Shown here: piece after piece, positions 37,170 through 48,380 of the stretch
Layout: each line of letters begins with the position of its first letter
Numbering within the stretch: the first letter of the stretch is position 1
Assembly: GCA_963797095.1 (NCBI GenBank)
Contig: CAWCNY010000001.1
Location: forward strand, 114,061 to 178,060
DNA: 64,000 bases
From: an uncultured Chloroflexia bacterium
GTDB lineage: Bacteria; Chloroflexota; Chloroflexia; QHBQ01; JADMIH01
Direction: 5' to 3'
Notes under the pieces: generated by a model
Told to the model about the DNA's origin: nothing
Databases searched by the model: none
The model's input: the letters and a program-made list of their open reading frames with translations, nothing else
Made by a program: the position numbers and the translations under genes

Positions 37170-38486
37170 ATGATTGTATCCGGTTTGATAACGCCCGGGC
37201 GGGATACGCAAGGACGCCCTGTCGAATCGGCGCGGCATGTTTGGATACTCCACTACACATGCGCCCCGATCATCGGCGGTGTTGAGAGCGTCATGTCCGA
37301 GCATGCTCGTGTAATATCATCCCACGGCCACAGTGTAAATCTGATCGCGGGTCGTGGCGCGCCGCAGATCATGATACCCGAGATCAACTCGCTCCATCCG
37401 TCTGTGCTGGCCGCGCAGAACGATCTCGCCTCAGGGCTGGTAACGCCCGAGTTTGAATTGTTGCGCGCTCGAATACGAGGCGTGCTGGCCGCGAAGCTGT
37501 CTGCTATCGATGCGCCCGTAGCGCCGGTGGTGTTCGCACACAATGTCTTCACGCTGCACAAGAACCTGGCGCTTACTGCTGCCCTGGCCGACCTGGCCAG
37601 GGAGGGACGAGCGCAGTTTGTCGCATGGTGCCACGACCTGGCGTGGACCAACCCCCTCTATCTCTCCGCCCTTCACGAGGGGTTGCCCTGGGATCTGTTG
37701 CGGACCCCCTGCCCGGGTGTCGAGTATGTGACGATCTCTGACACGCGCAGGCTGGAGTTGGCCGACCTGTTCGGATGGCCGCCGGAGCGGATCAGGTGCG
37801 TACCAAATGGGCTGGACGCGACCAGATTCCTGTCGGCGAGCCAGCAGATGCGCCTGTTGCTCAGGCGCATCGATTGGTGGGAGCGCGACGTGGTGCTGCT
37901 GGCTCCTGTGCGCATGACGCAGCGCAAGAACCTGGAGCTTGCCATTGGCGTGGCGGCCGCCCTGAAAGCGGCGGGGCGCCGTCCTCTGCTGCTGATCACA
38001 GGCCCGCCGGGACCCCACAACCCGCGCCACGACTACGCTGCGTTTCTCTGGGACGTGCGCCAGCGCCTGGGCTTGGAAGACGAGGTGCGCTTCCTCTCAA
38101 AGGGATCGTGGCTTCTGAACGGCGTTAGCGACGAGCTTATGGGCGAGCTTTACAGGTGGGCTGATGCGCTCATCTTCCCGAGCCTGCAAGAGGGGTTCGG
38201 GCTGCCGCTACTGGAGGCGGGGCTGGCCCGGTTGCCCGTGTTTTGCAGCGACCTGCCGGTGCTGCGCGAGATAGGCGGAGAGGACGTGCACTATTTCGCC
38301 CCGGACGCATCGCCCGATTCCGTTGCCTGCCAGGTGCAGACGGTACTCGCTGCCCCAGGTGTGGCGGCCTTGCGCCGTCGTGTACTGAGAGAATACCGAT
38401 GGGAGGAGATCTATCGGGAGGGATTGCAGCCGTTCTTGAGCCAGGAGGGAGGGGCCGTACATGACAAGTGTTCTACTGTTGCTTGA
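37170..38486 (+). CDS. GT4-family glycosyltransferase
   Basis: WILHYTCAPIIGGVESVMSEHARVISSHGHSV ... FPSLQEGFGLPLLEAGLARLPVFCSDLPVLREIGG (E-x7-E). The start is uncertain between 37071 and 37170. Confidence 0.7.
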   Translation: MIVSGLITPGRDTQGRPVESARHVWILHYTCAPIIGGVESVMSEHARVISSHGHSVNLIAGRGAPQIMIPEINSLHPSVLAAQNDLASGLVTPEFELLRARIRGVLAAKLSAIDAPVAPVVFAHNVFTLHKNLALTAALADLAREGRAQFVAWCHDLAWTNPLYLSALHEGLPWDLLRTPCPGVEYVTISDTRRLELADLFGWPPERIRCVPNGLDATRFLSASQQMRLLLRRIDWWERDVVLLAPVRMTQRKNLELAIGVAAALKAAGRRPLLLITGPPGPHNPRHDYAAFLWDVRQRLGLEDEVRFLSKGSWLLNGVSDELMGELYRWADALIFPSLQEGFGLPLLEAGLARLPVFCSDLPVLREIGGEDVHYFAPDASPDSVACQVQTVLAAPGVAALRRRVLREYRWEEIYREGLQPFLSQEGGAVHDKCSTVA

Positions 38487-40739
38487 CAGCATCGCGCGTA
38501 GTGGGTTAGTGTCCCTCGACGTAAGCGCAATCGACAGCTATGAGGTCCATGGGAACCGCACGAACGACGCATGCAGCGTAAGCGCTCCCGGCGCGTTCGG
38601 ACTCCTGCTTGACCTGGCATGCTCGCTGGCCGCGGATTTGGGCGCCAATGTGAGGGTGCTCTCGGTGATCGAAGCGCAGGCAAACGAGTCGCTCAGCATG
38701 AGCGCCCTGGCCGCGCAGCATCGCCGCCAGCAGATCGTAAGCTGGATACGCACAACCGCCCGGGCTCTCAACGAACAGTGGGCAACTACCGATAGGAGGG
38801 GGGCAACCGGGACCCCGACGGAAGAGGAGCGCGAAGCCCAGAGTGAGCGTGGAGAAAAGGGCGAGGGAAAGGGCGAGGATGGACCCTCGGAAAATGTCCG
38901 GGGCGAGTCGGGAAGCCCGCTGCTACCGGACATCCAGCCCCTGGTGAGCGTCAGCGCCGCAGGTAGCTACCGGCGCGAGGTAGCCGAGGCGATACGACGA
39001 CACGATGGACGCTTGCTCGTGTCAGCCTGGGGAGAGGAGGGGGCTACCGCCGGCGGTTCAGCCAACGGCTCAGCCTTTATGCAGAGCGAATTCCCTTGCG
39101 ATATCGTTATGGTACGGCCCGCGAAATGCGACTCGGAAGGCAAGAGCGAGGGGAGGAACGAGGCAATCCGTGGCAATGGCAGTTGCGCCGGGGATGGGCA
39201 GGAGGTGCGGCACCTCGGGCAGGCGCGGATACTGGTACCTGCCCGCGGCGGCCCGCACGCGGGCCTGGCTGTGCGGGTAGCGGCCTCGCTGGAGAGCCAC
39301 CGGGGTGGCGAACTTGCCTTGCTACACGTCTTGGAACAGGATCTGCCCGAACGACAGCGTCTGCGGGAGGAACGGCCATTCCGAGCGATGCTGGAGCAGG
39401 CCAACCTGCCTGCAGATACGCCGCAGTTGTGGGCGGTGGGCCGGTCCATCCCAGGTGCTATTCTCCAGCACGCACGTAACTTCGATGTGCTGGTTTTGGG
39501 TGCTCCCACCGTGCTGCTCGGCGACAAACGGACCCTTGGGCCCGTCGTTTCGGCAGTGCTCAAGAGAGCCAGCGTGACCGTCATGGTAGTGAACACGGCC
39601 ACACCTGCCGAGGCTGCTATTCGGTCTCAATTGCGGAGTCGTGCGTTCGACCGTGACCTCGACCCTGAGGCCTTGTCGATGGTGGTGGATAAGTGGTTCG
39701 CGGAGAACAACTTCAACGCCGAAGAGTACTCCGATCTTGAGCGCCTGCTTGAGTGGAAACGGCAGCGCAGGCTCACCATCAGCCTGGGCCTTCCCACCCT
39801 GAACGAGGAGGCCACAATCGGCGGCGTGATAACCGCGCTGAAAGGTGCACTCTTCGATGATGTGCCGCTCCTGGACGAGCTCGTGGTGATAGACAGTCGG
39901 TCCACCGACCGCACCAGGGAGATCGCGCAATCGCTCGGGGTACCTGTCGTGGTTCACCAGGATATTCTGCGGGAGGCGGGGCCGCCTCTGCGCGGCAAAG
40001 GTGAGGCGCTCTGGAAGAGCCTGCATGTGCTCAAAGGAGACCTCATCGCCTGGGTTTATACCGACGTTTCGAATATGCACCCCAGGTTCGTTTACGGGTT
40101 GCTTGGACCATTGCTGCAGGAGCCTCGCCTGGCCTATGTGAAAGGCTACTACCACCGGCCACTTGTGGTCGGGGACAAGCTGGAGCTCGAGGGCGGAGGC
40201 AGGGTTACGGAGCTAACGGTGCGCCCCCTGTTCAACCTCTTCTTCCCTATGCTCTCCGGTTTCGTGCAGCCGCTGGCCGGCGAGTATGCAGGGAGGCGCG
40301 ACGTACTGGAGAGGCTGCCTTTTTCAGCGGCTACGGTGTGGAGACCGGCCTGTTGATAGACCTGCTCGAAGAGTACGGCCTGTCGACCATCGGGCAGGTC
40401 AACCTTGGCGAGCGGGTGCACCGGAACCAGAGCCTGCCCAACCTGAGCCTGATGGCATTCGCGCTCGTGCAGGTGATCCTCAGCCGTTTGGAGGAGCAGG
40501 CGCGCGTGAGCCTGATCGAGGAAGTGAACAGGAGCATGAAGCTCATTCGCTTTGCGCCCAACCAACTCTCGCTCGAACTACGCTACGTCTCGGACGTTGA
40601 GCGCCCACCGATCCATACCATCTCCGCATACCGCAAGGCCATGGCTGCCCACAGGCTACAGCGGTCGCAGGGTGCCGCCCCGGTTGAGACCGGGCTGCGC
40701 CGAGATCTGCCCGCTCGGCGCAACTCCGTAGTGACGTGA
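38461..40739 (+). pseudogene. gpgS: USP-like domain(s) fused to glucosyl-3-phosphoglycerate synthase (GpgS, GT81); frameshifted (possibly an assembly artefact)
   Basis: USP-like ILVPARGGPHAGLAVRVA...DVLVLGAP...VTVMVV. GT81 core LPTLNEEATIGGVI...VIDSRSTDRT...GKGEALWKS...RVTELTVRPL...PLAGEYAGRRDVLERLPF. The frame breaks at the T5 run 40320-40324 and resumes as ETGLLIDLLEEYGL...RVHRNQSL...ERPP. One extra T gives LPFFSGYGVETGLLIDLL. Confidence 0.7.
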
Positions 40740-40788
40740 TCATAGCATGTTGGGCACTGGGCTATGAATTGGATATCGAAAGGAGTGC
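40629..40788 (+). promoter_or_regulatory. Copy 1 of a duplicated ~150-nt leader-like element, ending in the bfr RBS
   Basis: The core CAGGCTACAGCGGTCGCAGGGTGCCGCCCCGGTTGAGACCGG is nearly identical to 41502-41543. Hairpins CCCGGT-TGAG-ACCGGG and GCGCCGAG-N9-CTCGGCGC. Shared 3' end CATGT..CTGGG..TCGAAAGGAGTG. Confidence 0.5.
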
Positions 40789-40794
40789 ATGAAA

Positions 40795-41262
40795 ATGAAA
40801 GGTAACGAGAAGCTGCTAACGGTGCTCAACCATCTGCTGGCCGATGAGCTAACTGCCATCAGCCAGCAGATGGTGCACTCAGAGATGTGCGAGAGTTGGG
40901 GCTACGGCAAACTGCACGAAGCCATTGAGCACCAGGCTATCGACGAGATGCACCATGCCGAATGGCTTATCCAGCGCATCATCTTCCTGGAGGGCACCCC
41001 CGTCGTGTCCCAACTCAACCCGATACAGATCGGTAAGAGTGTGGCGGAATTTATCGGCAATGACACTGAAGCTGAAGTGGGGGCGGTGCGCGCCTACAAT
41101 GCGGCCATCCGGCTGGCACGTGAGGCCGAAGACCAGGCTACCGCTGACTTGCTAATCACAATCCTCAAGATGGAAGAGGGTCATCTGGACTGGGGGGAGA
41201 AGCAGCGGGCCCAAATCGAGCAGATGGGACTTGAGAGCTACCTGAGCACCCAGCTGACGTAG
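40795..41262 (+). CDS. bfr: Bacterioferritin
   Basis: MKGNEKLLTVLNHLLADELTAISQQMVHSEMCESWGY ... AIDEMHHAEWLIQRIIFLEGTP. GGAG 9 nt upstream of the ATG at 40795. Confidence 0.9.
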   Translation: MKGNEKLLTVLNHLLADELTAISQQMVHSEMCESWGYGKLHEAIEHQAIDEMHHAEWLIQRIIFLEGTPVVSQLNPIQIGKSVAEFIGNDTEAEVGAVRAYNAAIRLAREAEDQATADLLITILKMEEGHLDWGEKQRAQIEQMGLESYLSTQLT

Positions 41263-41479
41263 CGGCGCGACCCCGGCGGCGCTTACTACCTGGCCACCGT
41301 CATCCCCCGGCGCAACCGAATGGTTCTATGTGCCGAGGTGCGCCCGCACTAAGGAGGGTTACGGGCCGTGCGCGCCATACGCCGGGACCGGCATCCTGGG
41401 AATACCACGCCACCTGCGCCTGTTGGAATGGATCCCCGAGCCGGTCCTGAAGTTAGGCTTTCGCCTCTGCTTCGACGCT

Positions 41480-41624
41480 TACCGCATGGCATGGCAGCCC
41501 GCAGGCTACAGCGGTCGCAGGGTGCTACCCCGGTTGAGACCGGACCACGCTGGGACTTGCCGGCCCGGAGCCACTCCATCGTGAGGTAACTCTGGCATGT
41601 CGACCTGGGAATCGAAAGGAGTGA
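41480..41624 (+). promoter_or_regulatory. Copy 2 of the duplicated leader-like element, upstream of the P-type ATPase
   Basis: See copy 1. The first ~65 nt are about 90-95 percent identical, the next ~50 nt about two thirds identical, and the 3' end is TCGAAAGGAGTGA. Confidence 0.5.
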
Positions 41625-41697
41625 ATTGGTCACCGAGTAGGCGTGAAGTGAAGGGGCCGCATTGTGGCAGTGAGAGTCTCAGAAGAGAAAGGTAAAG

Positions 41698-44600
41698 GTG
41701 CCTGAATTGCCTGCTAGATCCGACCATACCGGTACATCCGCCGCGACAGAGGCGTCCGGTGCCCGCTCGGCCAGGCAGGCAGTGGAGTGGCACGCTATAG
41801 AGGCTGCCGAAGCCCTGCGAAAGCTGGAGAGCGAGCCGCATCAGGGGCTAACCGAGGAGGAAGCCGGTCGCCGGCGCGCGGAACATGGGCCGAACGAACT
41901 GGTCGAGCGCGAGGGCAAGAGTCCGTGGCTCATGTTGTGGGAGGAGCTCACCGCCACCATGGTGCTCATTCTTATTGCCGCCGCTGCCGTATCGGGGCTG
42001 CTGGGCGACTACAAGGACGCTGGAGTGATCGCCGCTATCGTAGTGATAAACGCGCTGCTCGGCTTCAGCCAGGAGTACCGTGCCGAGAAGGCGGTGGCCG
42101 CGCTCAAGCGCCTGGCAGTGCCCATGGTGAGGGCGCGCCGAGGCGGCACGGTGCGGGAGATCCAGGCGAGAGAGCTGGTGCCCGGCGATATAGTGCTGCT
42201 GGAGGCAGGCGGGCTGGTGCCCGCCGATTGCCGTCTGCTGGAGAGCAACAGCCTACGCGCCCAGGAATCCGTGCTTACCGGCGAGTCCGAACCCGTGGAA
42301 AAGGTGGTCGAGCCGCTCCCTACGGATACGGGTGTAGATATCCCCATCCCTGACAGGCTGAACATGGTGTACATGGGCACGGTCGTCACGTATGGTCGTG
42401 GGCTAGGGGTGATCACCGCGACGGGTATGGAGACCGAGCTTGGCAGGATCGCCTCTATGATTCAGGTCGTTCGGCGCGAAGCCACCCCCCTCCAGCGCAG
42501 GCTGGACCAGCTTGGGAAATGGTTGGTGCTTGCGGCTCTTGCCGTGGTCGCAGCGATTTTCGTGCTGGGCCTGCTGCGGGGCGAGGAGGCGCACCTGATG
42601 TTTCTCACCGCAGTGAGCATCGCGGTGGCCGCTGTGCCCGAGGGTCTTCCCGCTGTGGTAACGGTGGCGCTGGCGCTTGGCGCGCAGAGGATGCTGAAGC
42701 GCAACGCTCTCATCCGTAAGCTCCCAGCAGTCGAGACGCTAGGCTCGGTAACCGCCATTTGCTCCGACAAGACGGGCACTCTCACCGAGAACCGCATGAC
42801 TGTGGTGGTGCTCGACGTGGCGGGCGACCATCTGGACTTAACCGAAAATCAGAGTGGTGAGCAAGAATGGCAGGAGTGGCAGCAACAGGTATCTGAGCGG
42901 CCATCCCTGGCTCTCCTCGTTGCGGCGAGCGCGCTCTGTAGCGATGCCGAACTGAGGCCGGAACCGGGGGGCGAAGAGCCTGGCGCAATGCGCGCCATCG
43001 GCGACCCGACCGAGGGGGCTCTGGTGGTGGCCGCGGCCCGCCTGGGTCTTTCAAAAACAGCCCTGGAAGAGTTGCTCCCTCGCAAGGCCGAGATACCTTT
43101 CGACTCGCATCGCAAACGGATGACTACTCTGCATGAGCTTGCGCTCTCGCCCGGCGAAAACACCACGGGAGCTCGGATGCTCAAACCTCTCCGCGTGCTT
43201 ATCACCATCCACGACGGTCGCAATAACGGCCGCCACCATACAGCGAGCGCACACGAAGCCGAAAGCCCTACCCCTTATGTGGCGTTCACCAAAGGAGCAA
43301 TCGACAGCCTGCTGGGCATCTCCACCAGGGTGTGGGTCGGGGATGGAGCAGTGACTTTGACCGATGATTGGCGCTTGAGGATAGTTGAGGCTCATGACCG
43401 CCTCGCAGGCAGCGGCAGACGCGTGCTGGGAGTGGCCGTCAGACCTGTTGATTCGCTTGCCGAGTGCGGCATAAGATCGGTGGGTGGAAGGGTGGAGGTA
43501 GCGGCGCCCGATTGCATGGAGTGCGACCTGATATTCCTGGGGCTGGTGGGGATGGTGGACCCTCCAAGGCCCGAGGTGAAGGAGGCGGTGCGGATATGCA
43601 AGGAGGCCGGGGTGCACGTATTTATGCTCACCGGCGACCACCCTCTCACCGCCGAGTACATAGCTCAGCAGCTGGGCATAACGGGGATCGCCAGCGCTGT
43701 GCCGGGCGCCGATATTGGCGCGCATGAAAGCCCGCGCACGATTGGTAATGTGGCCCTGGCTCAAACAAGTACTAGAGGCCCTGAGGGCACGGAGGGCAGC
43801 GGGAGCACCGGCAGAAGCACGGCGATTAACGCAGGCGCCGGGGGTCGCCTGGCAACCGGGCAAGACCTCAGCAATCTTACTGCGGACGATCTATCAGGGG
43901 TGGTCGAGCAGGTGCCGGTATACGCTCGAATCTCGCCTGAGCACAAACTCAGGATTGTTGAAGCGCTACAGAACCACGGGCAGATAGTGGCTATGACCGG
44001 GGACGGTGTAAACGATGCGCCCGCCTTGAGGAAAGCCGATATCGGAGTGGCGATGGGAGTTACGGGCACCGATGTGTGCAAAGAGACGGCCGATATGGTG
44101 TTGCTTGACGACAACTTCGCCACAATTGTGGCGGCGGTCAGGGAGGGGCGAGCCATATACGACAACATCCGCAAGTTTATACGGTACATCCTCACCGGCA
44201 ACTCCGGCGAGTTGTGGGTGATGCTCCTCGCGCCGCTGATAGGCATGCCTCTGCCTTTGCTTCCGCTGCAGATACTCTGGGTCAACCTGGTCACCGATGG
44301 GCTGCCCGCGCTCGCCCTCGGGGTGGAGCCCGCGGAGCAAGATGTCATGCGCCGCTCACCCTACCCGCCGAGCGAGAGCATTCTGAGCCGCGGGATGGGC
44401 TGGCAGATCCTGGGCAACGGGCTGCTGGTCGGGCTGGTGTCGCTAGGTGCCGGCTACTGGTACTGGCGAAGCGCACAACCCGAGTGGCAGACGATGACCT
44501 TTACCGTGCTCACCTTCGCGCAGCTGGCACTGGCGTTGGCGTTCCGCTCGGAGCGGTACTCCCTGTTTCGGATAGGGCTGTTTTCAAACATGCTGTTGCT

Positions 44601-44793
44601 CGCCGCAGTCGCGCTGACGTTTATCCTTCAGCTCGCGGTGGTGTACCTGCCGTTCCTCCAAGACCTGTTCGATAGTGTGCCGCTAAGCCCCCTTGAGCTG
44701 GCACTGTGTCTGCTGCTGGGGCTGGCCGTGTTCATCAGCGTAGAGATGGAGAAATGGCTGATGCGCAGGGCGCGAGTTCGCCAGGCACAATAA
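41698..44793 (+). CDS. P-type cation-transporting ATPase (P2 / Ca2+- or Mg2+-type)
   Basis: [51 protein letters not shown] and [20 protein letters not shown]. Ten-TM architecture. Confidence 0.9.
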   Translation: MPELPARSDHTGTSAATEASGARSARQAVEWHAIEAAEALRKLESEPHQGLTEEEAGRRRAEHGPNELVEREGKSPWLMLWEELTATMVLILIAAAAVSGLLGDYKDAGVIAAIVVINALLGFSQEYRAEKAVAALKRLAVPMVRARRGGTVREIQARELVPGDIVLLEAGGLVPADCRLLESNSLRAQESVLTGESEPVEKVVEPLPTDTGVDIPIPDRLNMVYMGTVVTYGRGLGVITATGMETELGRIASMIQVVRREATPLQRRLDQLGKWLVLAALAVVAAIFVLGLLRGEEAHLMFLTAVSIAVAAVPEGLPAVVTVALALGAQRMLKRNALIRKLPAVETLGSVTAICSDKTGTLTENRMTVVVLDVAGDHLDLTENQSGEQEWQEWQQQVSERPSLALLVAASALCSDAELRPEPGGEEPGAMRAIGDPTEGALVVAAARLGLSKTALEELLPRKAEIPFDSHRKRMTTLHELALSPGENTTGARMLKPLRVLITIHDGRNNGRHHTASAHEAESPTPYVAFTKGAIDSLLGISTRVWVGDGAVTLTDDWRLRIVEAHDRLAGSGRRVLGVAVRPVDSLAECGIRSVGGRVEVAAPDCMECDLIFLGLVGMVDPPRPEVKEAVRICKEAGVHVFMLTGDHPLTAEYIAQQLGITGIASAVPGADIGAHESPRTIGNVALAQTSTRGPEGTEGSGSTGRSTAINAGAGGRLATGQDLSNLTADDLSGVVEQVPVYARISPEHKLRIVEALQNHGQIVAMTGDGVNDAPALRKADIGVAMGVTGTDVCKETADMVLLDDNFATIVAAVREGRAIYDNIRKFIRYILTGNSGELWVMLLAPLIGMPLPLLPLQILWVNLVTDGLPALALGVEPAEQDVMRRSPYPPSESILSRGMGWQILGNGLLVGLVSLGAGYWYWRSAQPEWQTMTFTVLTFAQLALALAFRSERYSLFRIGLFSNMLLLAAVALTFILQLAVVYLPFLQDLFDSVPLSPLELALCLLLGLAVFISVEMEKWLMRRARVRQAQ

Positions 44794-44812
44794 GGGCGAA
44801 AAGGGCGAAAAG
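44792..44812. repeat. 9-mer array (AAGGGCGAA)x2.3 at the ATPase stop
   Basis: Read directly. Confidence 0.8.
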
Positions 44813-44834
44813 CACTAGAGGAAATGGTATCCGG

Positions 44835-45131
44835 ATGATTGTTTGGCTCGAATTCCTCCTCTGTACAGCCGTCGTAGTGGTTGCGGTCAGTATGCTTTGG
44901 CGATACGGTGATGTTATCGCCGAGAAGAGCGGGCTGGGCAGGATATGGGTAGGGGTGCTGCTCATAGCTTCAGTTACCTCACTTCCCGGATTGATCAGGG
45001 GCATAAGCTCGGCCGACATGTTCGACCTGCCCGATATGGCAGCGGGTGGCGTGCCGGGCAGCAAGTTGTTCAACGTTGCGATAGTTGGGATAGAGGACAT
45101 GGTGTACTTGAAAGGTGCTGTGGTCCAGTAG
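44835..45131 (+). pseudogene. Remnant of a CaCA (Na+/Ca2+ exchanger, YrbG-like) gene
   Basis: Only the first alpha-repeat region survives: IAEKSGLGRIWVGVLLIASVTSLPGLI...AAGGVPGSKLFNV. It stops after 98 codons. A short TM-like piece follows in another frame. Confidence 0.5.
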
Positions 45132-45345
45132 ATAATAAACCAGAGCCACGCGGTGACGGCAATGGCCGCCATGATGATGACCGCCATCGTGATTCCAGGG
45201 CTGATCTACAGGAGGAGTGGCAGGGTGCTCGTGATTGACTGGGAGTGGTTGGGAATGGCTCCGAGTTCCGAGTTTTGGCCAATGTCGTGTTGCTAGTGGC
45301 GGAGTGAGACGTGGCCCGGCTGTGACCTGCTGGAAGGAAGCGCAT

Positions 45346-46775
45346 ATGCCCGCATTTGAGATGGTGATTATCGTGCTGCTGATGCTCGCTAACGGCTTCT
45401 TCGCCACCTCGGAGATAGCAGTGGTATCGGCTCGCAAAGGGAGATCTCGGCAGCGCGCCGAAGAGGGACACCGGGGGCGGCGCTAGCTCTGGATCTTGCG
45501 GCCAACCCCAATCGCTTTCTCTCCACGGTGCAGGTCGGTATAACTCTGATAAGCACTTTTGCCGCCGCGTTCGGTGGCGAGAGCCTGGCCGAGGAGTTGG
45601 AGAGTACGCCTAACACGGTGCCTGTCTTGGCGCCATATGCAGGTGGCATAGCGCTGGTAGTGGTGGTTGCATTCATATCCTATCTGTCACTCATCCTGGG
45701 CGAGCTTGTGCCGAAGAGGCTGGCTCTGCAGAACGCCGAGGGGGTAGCCTCAGCCATAGCTCCCGTGATGCGTTTCGTGTCCCGGGTAGCCGGGCCGGTT
45801 GTTGGCTTTCTGAGCCTCTCGACTGAAGTGGTCTTGTGGGTATTACATGGCCGCAATGTCGAGGAAATTCGCGTCGGCGAGGAGGATGTGATCGCATTGG
45901 CTCGCGAGGGAGTGGCAGCGGGTACGCTGGAGGCTACCGAGCAGGAGATGATCGGCAACGTCTTCAGCCTGGCGGATCGCACCGTGCGGTCGTTGATGAC
46001 GCCAAGAACCGAGATGCAGGCGGTGGAGATCGGCACCCCCGTTGCCGAAGCTCTGAGGGCGCTCATAGCGTCGGGCCACTCCCGCTTGCCCGTGTACGAG
46101 GAGAGCCTGGACAATGTCGTAGGCATCCTGTTTGCGGTAGATATGCTGCGTCAGTACGAACACAAGCCGGGTGAGTCGGATAGACCAGGTACCGAGCCCG
46201 GGTTAGCTAAGCTATCCGATTTGCGAGCGCTCATGCGCAAGCCTCTGTTCTTGCCGGAGGGACAGCGAGCTACTCTGGCCCTCAAGCAGTTTCGAGCGGA
46301 GCACAGCTCGATTAGGATAGTTATCAGCGAGTTCGGTGAGGTGGCAGGGTTGATCACCGTGGAGGACATACTCGCGGAGGTGGTAGGAGAGATAGGAGAC
46401 GAACATAGTCAGGCACAGCAACAGATTGTACGGCGAGACGACGGAAGCTATCTGGTAGACGGCTTGCTGCCGGTGAGCGACCTGGCGCAGAACCTGCCGT
46501 TGCCCGGGATTGAAGAGCTTGCGCGGGAGCAACGCTTCGATACGGTCGCCGGGTTGTTGCCGCTGCAATTTGGGCGCATCCCGGCGGTGGGCGATACGTT
46601 GAATTGGCAGAGCTTCCGCTTCGAAGTTCTGGATATGGACGGCCCCAGGATAGACAAGGTACTCATCCAAGCGGTGGAGGGAGACCCTGCCGGACAAACC
46701 GAAGGGGCTCTCGCGATGGGAGCGGTACTGCCGGTACCTCGATCTGACAGAGATGGGAGCACACCACACCGGTAA
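45346..46775 (+). pseudogene. CNNM/TlyC-family (DUF21-CBS-CorC_HlyC) transporter, frameshifted (possibly an assembly artefact)
   Basis: MPAFEMVIIVLLMLANGFFATSEIAVVSARKGRSRQRAEEG, then a stop. The +1 frame continues ALDLAANPNRFLSTVQVGITLIS... One extra G in the G5 run 45473-45477 restores EEGHRGAALALDLAANP. Confidence 0.75.
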
Positions 46776-46814
46776 GGGCAGGCAGAGCTATTTAGCACGC
46801 CCGGCTATTAGTTC

Positions 46815-46834
46815 TTCCCTTCCCTTCCCTTCCC
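46815..46834. repeat. Pentamer array (TTCCC)x4
   Basis: Read directly, in the convergent intergenic region. Confidence 0.85.
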
Positions 46835-46902
46835 TTGCCTGGCTGGCCCTTCGTTTTCCTTACTGCTGCTTTGCCTACTCCCACTTCCTCCTTCCCTGAC
46901 TC

Positions 46903-48171
46903 CTACTGCAAATAGCGAAGCCAGACATAGCCGGTGCTAATGAGCAGCGAGATCACAGTTACAGCCACCCCGTACCTGAGAAACCGCCCGAAACTGATCC
47001 TGTGTTCGGCGCGTTCCGCCAGACTTAGCACTATCACGTTCGCGGAGGCTCCTACCGCCGTGGCATTACCACCCAGGCAGGCTCCCAGGGCCACCGACCA
47101 CCATAGAGGCGTGATCGGCATGCTCTGCCCCAGGTCCTGAACTATCGGCACTATCGTGGCCGTATAGGGGATGTTATCCACTATGCCCGAGGCGATGCCG
47201 CTCACCCACAGGAGAAGCAGCGATGTGGCTGCAAGATCTCCACCCGTCAAGTCCAGCAGCCATCTAGCCACGATCTCTATGAACCCGACGGTGATGAGCG
47301 CCTCCACGAGAACGAAAAGACCCATGAAGAAGAGTAGCGTGGTCCACTCGATCTCGCTTAGGGCATTGTGCACCTCCGTTCGTGAGATCGCCAGCAGCAC
47401 AACTGCCCCGCTCATAGCGATCGTGGCGGCCCCCAGGTGGAGAGGTCCATGAACCAGGAAACCAACAATTACAAGTGTAAGGACTATTAGCCCCTGGACC
47501 AACAACGGTCGATTGGTGATGAGCTCATCTTCTTTCATTGCCATGGCCTCTTCGCGCTTTTCAGAGGGCACCTTCAACTCTTTGCGGAAGAAGAGTGCAG
47601 CGAGGCCGAGGTATACGATGTAGATGACGACCACAACCGGCCCCATGTTGAGAAGAAATGCGCCGAAGTCCAGCCCGGATGCGCTCCCTATGATGATATT
47701 GGGTGGATCCCCAATGAGAGTAGCCGCCCCTCCTATGTTCGAGGCCATAACCTCCGAAATGAGGAACGGTACGGGACTGATTCCCAGGGAGGTTGCGACG
47801 AACAACGTGAGGGGAACGATGAGCACGACGGTGGTCACGTTGTCGAGGAACGCAGACATCAAGGCGGTCAGGGTCGAGAGGAGCAGCAGGACCCGAAAAG
47901 GCTCGCCCCTGGCCCAATCGATAATCTTGCTGGCCAGCCAACGGAAGAGTCCGGTACGCTTCAGCGTATTGGCTATTATCATCATTCCAGCGAGCAGGAA
48001 TATGACATTCCAATCGACAGCCTTGAAAGCTTCCTCCTGGCTGATCAGGCCGAGCAACAGCACGGCCATGGCACCGAAAAGAGCCACCAGGGTCTTATGT
48101 ACCTTCTCGACAGTAATCCCTGCATATGTGGCAACGAATACCGCGACGGCAAGCACGAGATCCAGACTCAC
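46903..48171 (-). CDS. ArsB/NhaD-superfamily anion permease
   Basis: SAFLDNVTTVVLIVPLTL ... MASNIGGAATLIGDPPNIIIG ... about 11 TM segments. Confidence 0.75.
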   Translation of the reverse strand: MSLDLVLAVAVFVATYAGITVEKVHKTLVALFGAMAVLLLGLISQEEAFKAVDWNVIFLLAGMMIIANTLKRTGLFRWLASKIIDWARGEPFRVLLLLSTLTALMSAFLDNVTTVVLIVPLTLFVATSLGISPVPFLISEVMASNIGGAATLIGDPPNIIIGSASGLDFGAFLLNMGPVVVVIYIVYLGLAALFFRKELKVPSEKREEAMAMKEDELITNRPLLVQGLIVLTLVIVGFLVHGPLHLGAATIAMSGAVVLLAISRTEVHNALSEIEWTTLLFFMGLFVLVEALITVGFIEIVARWLLDLTGGDLAATSLLLLWVSGIASGIVDNIPYTATIVPIVQDLGQSMPITPLWWSVALGACLGGNATAVGASANVIVLSLAERAEHRISFGRFLRYGVAVTVISLLISTGYVWLRYLQ

Positions 48172-48380
48172 TTCAAGTTCCTCCTCACGGCACTCTCGAC
48201 ACCGGGGTCCACCGCCCGCCGGTCGGTAATCCGACCTTTGCCGTCTCGTGTCCTGATACGAGTAAGCGCTCTCTATCTATGTGTGGGCACAAGATCTCTT
48301 CACTACCTGGTGACGTAGCGGCGTAATAAACAGGCAATCGCACTTTGTGCGCCCGGCGCTCACTGTAGGCGCTTTCCACC

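Noticed and set aside
40651-40720. Resemblance of the duplicated leader core to a TPP riboswitch (GGGUGC ... UGAGA ... GAUCUG).
   Set aside because: The ACCC..GAACCUGAUC and GGAUAAUGCCAGCG pyrophosphate-sensor consensus is missing. The downstream genes (bfr, P-type ATPase) have no link to thiamine.
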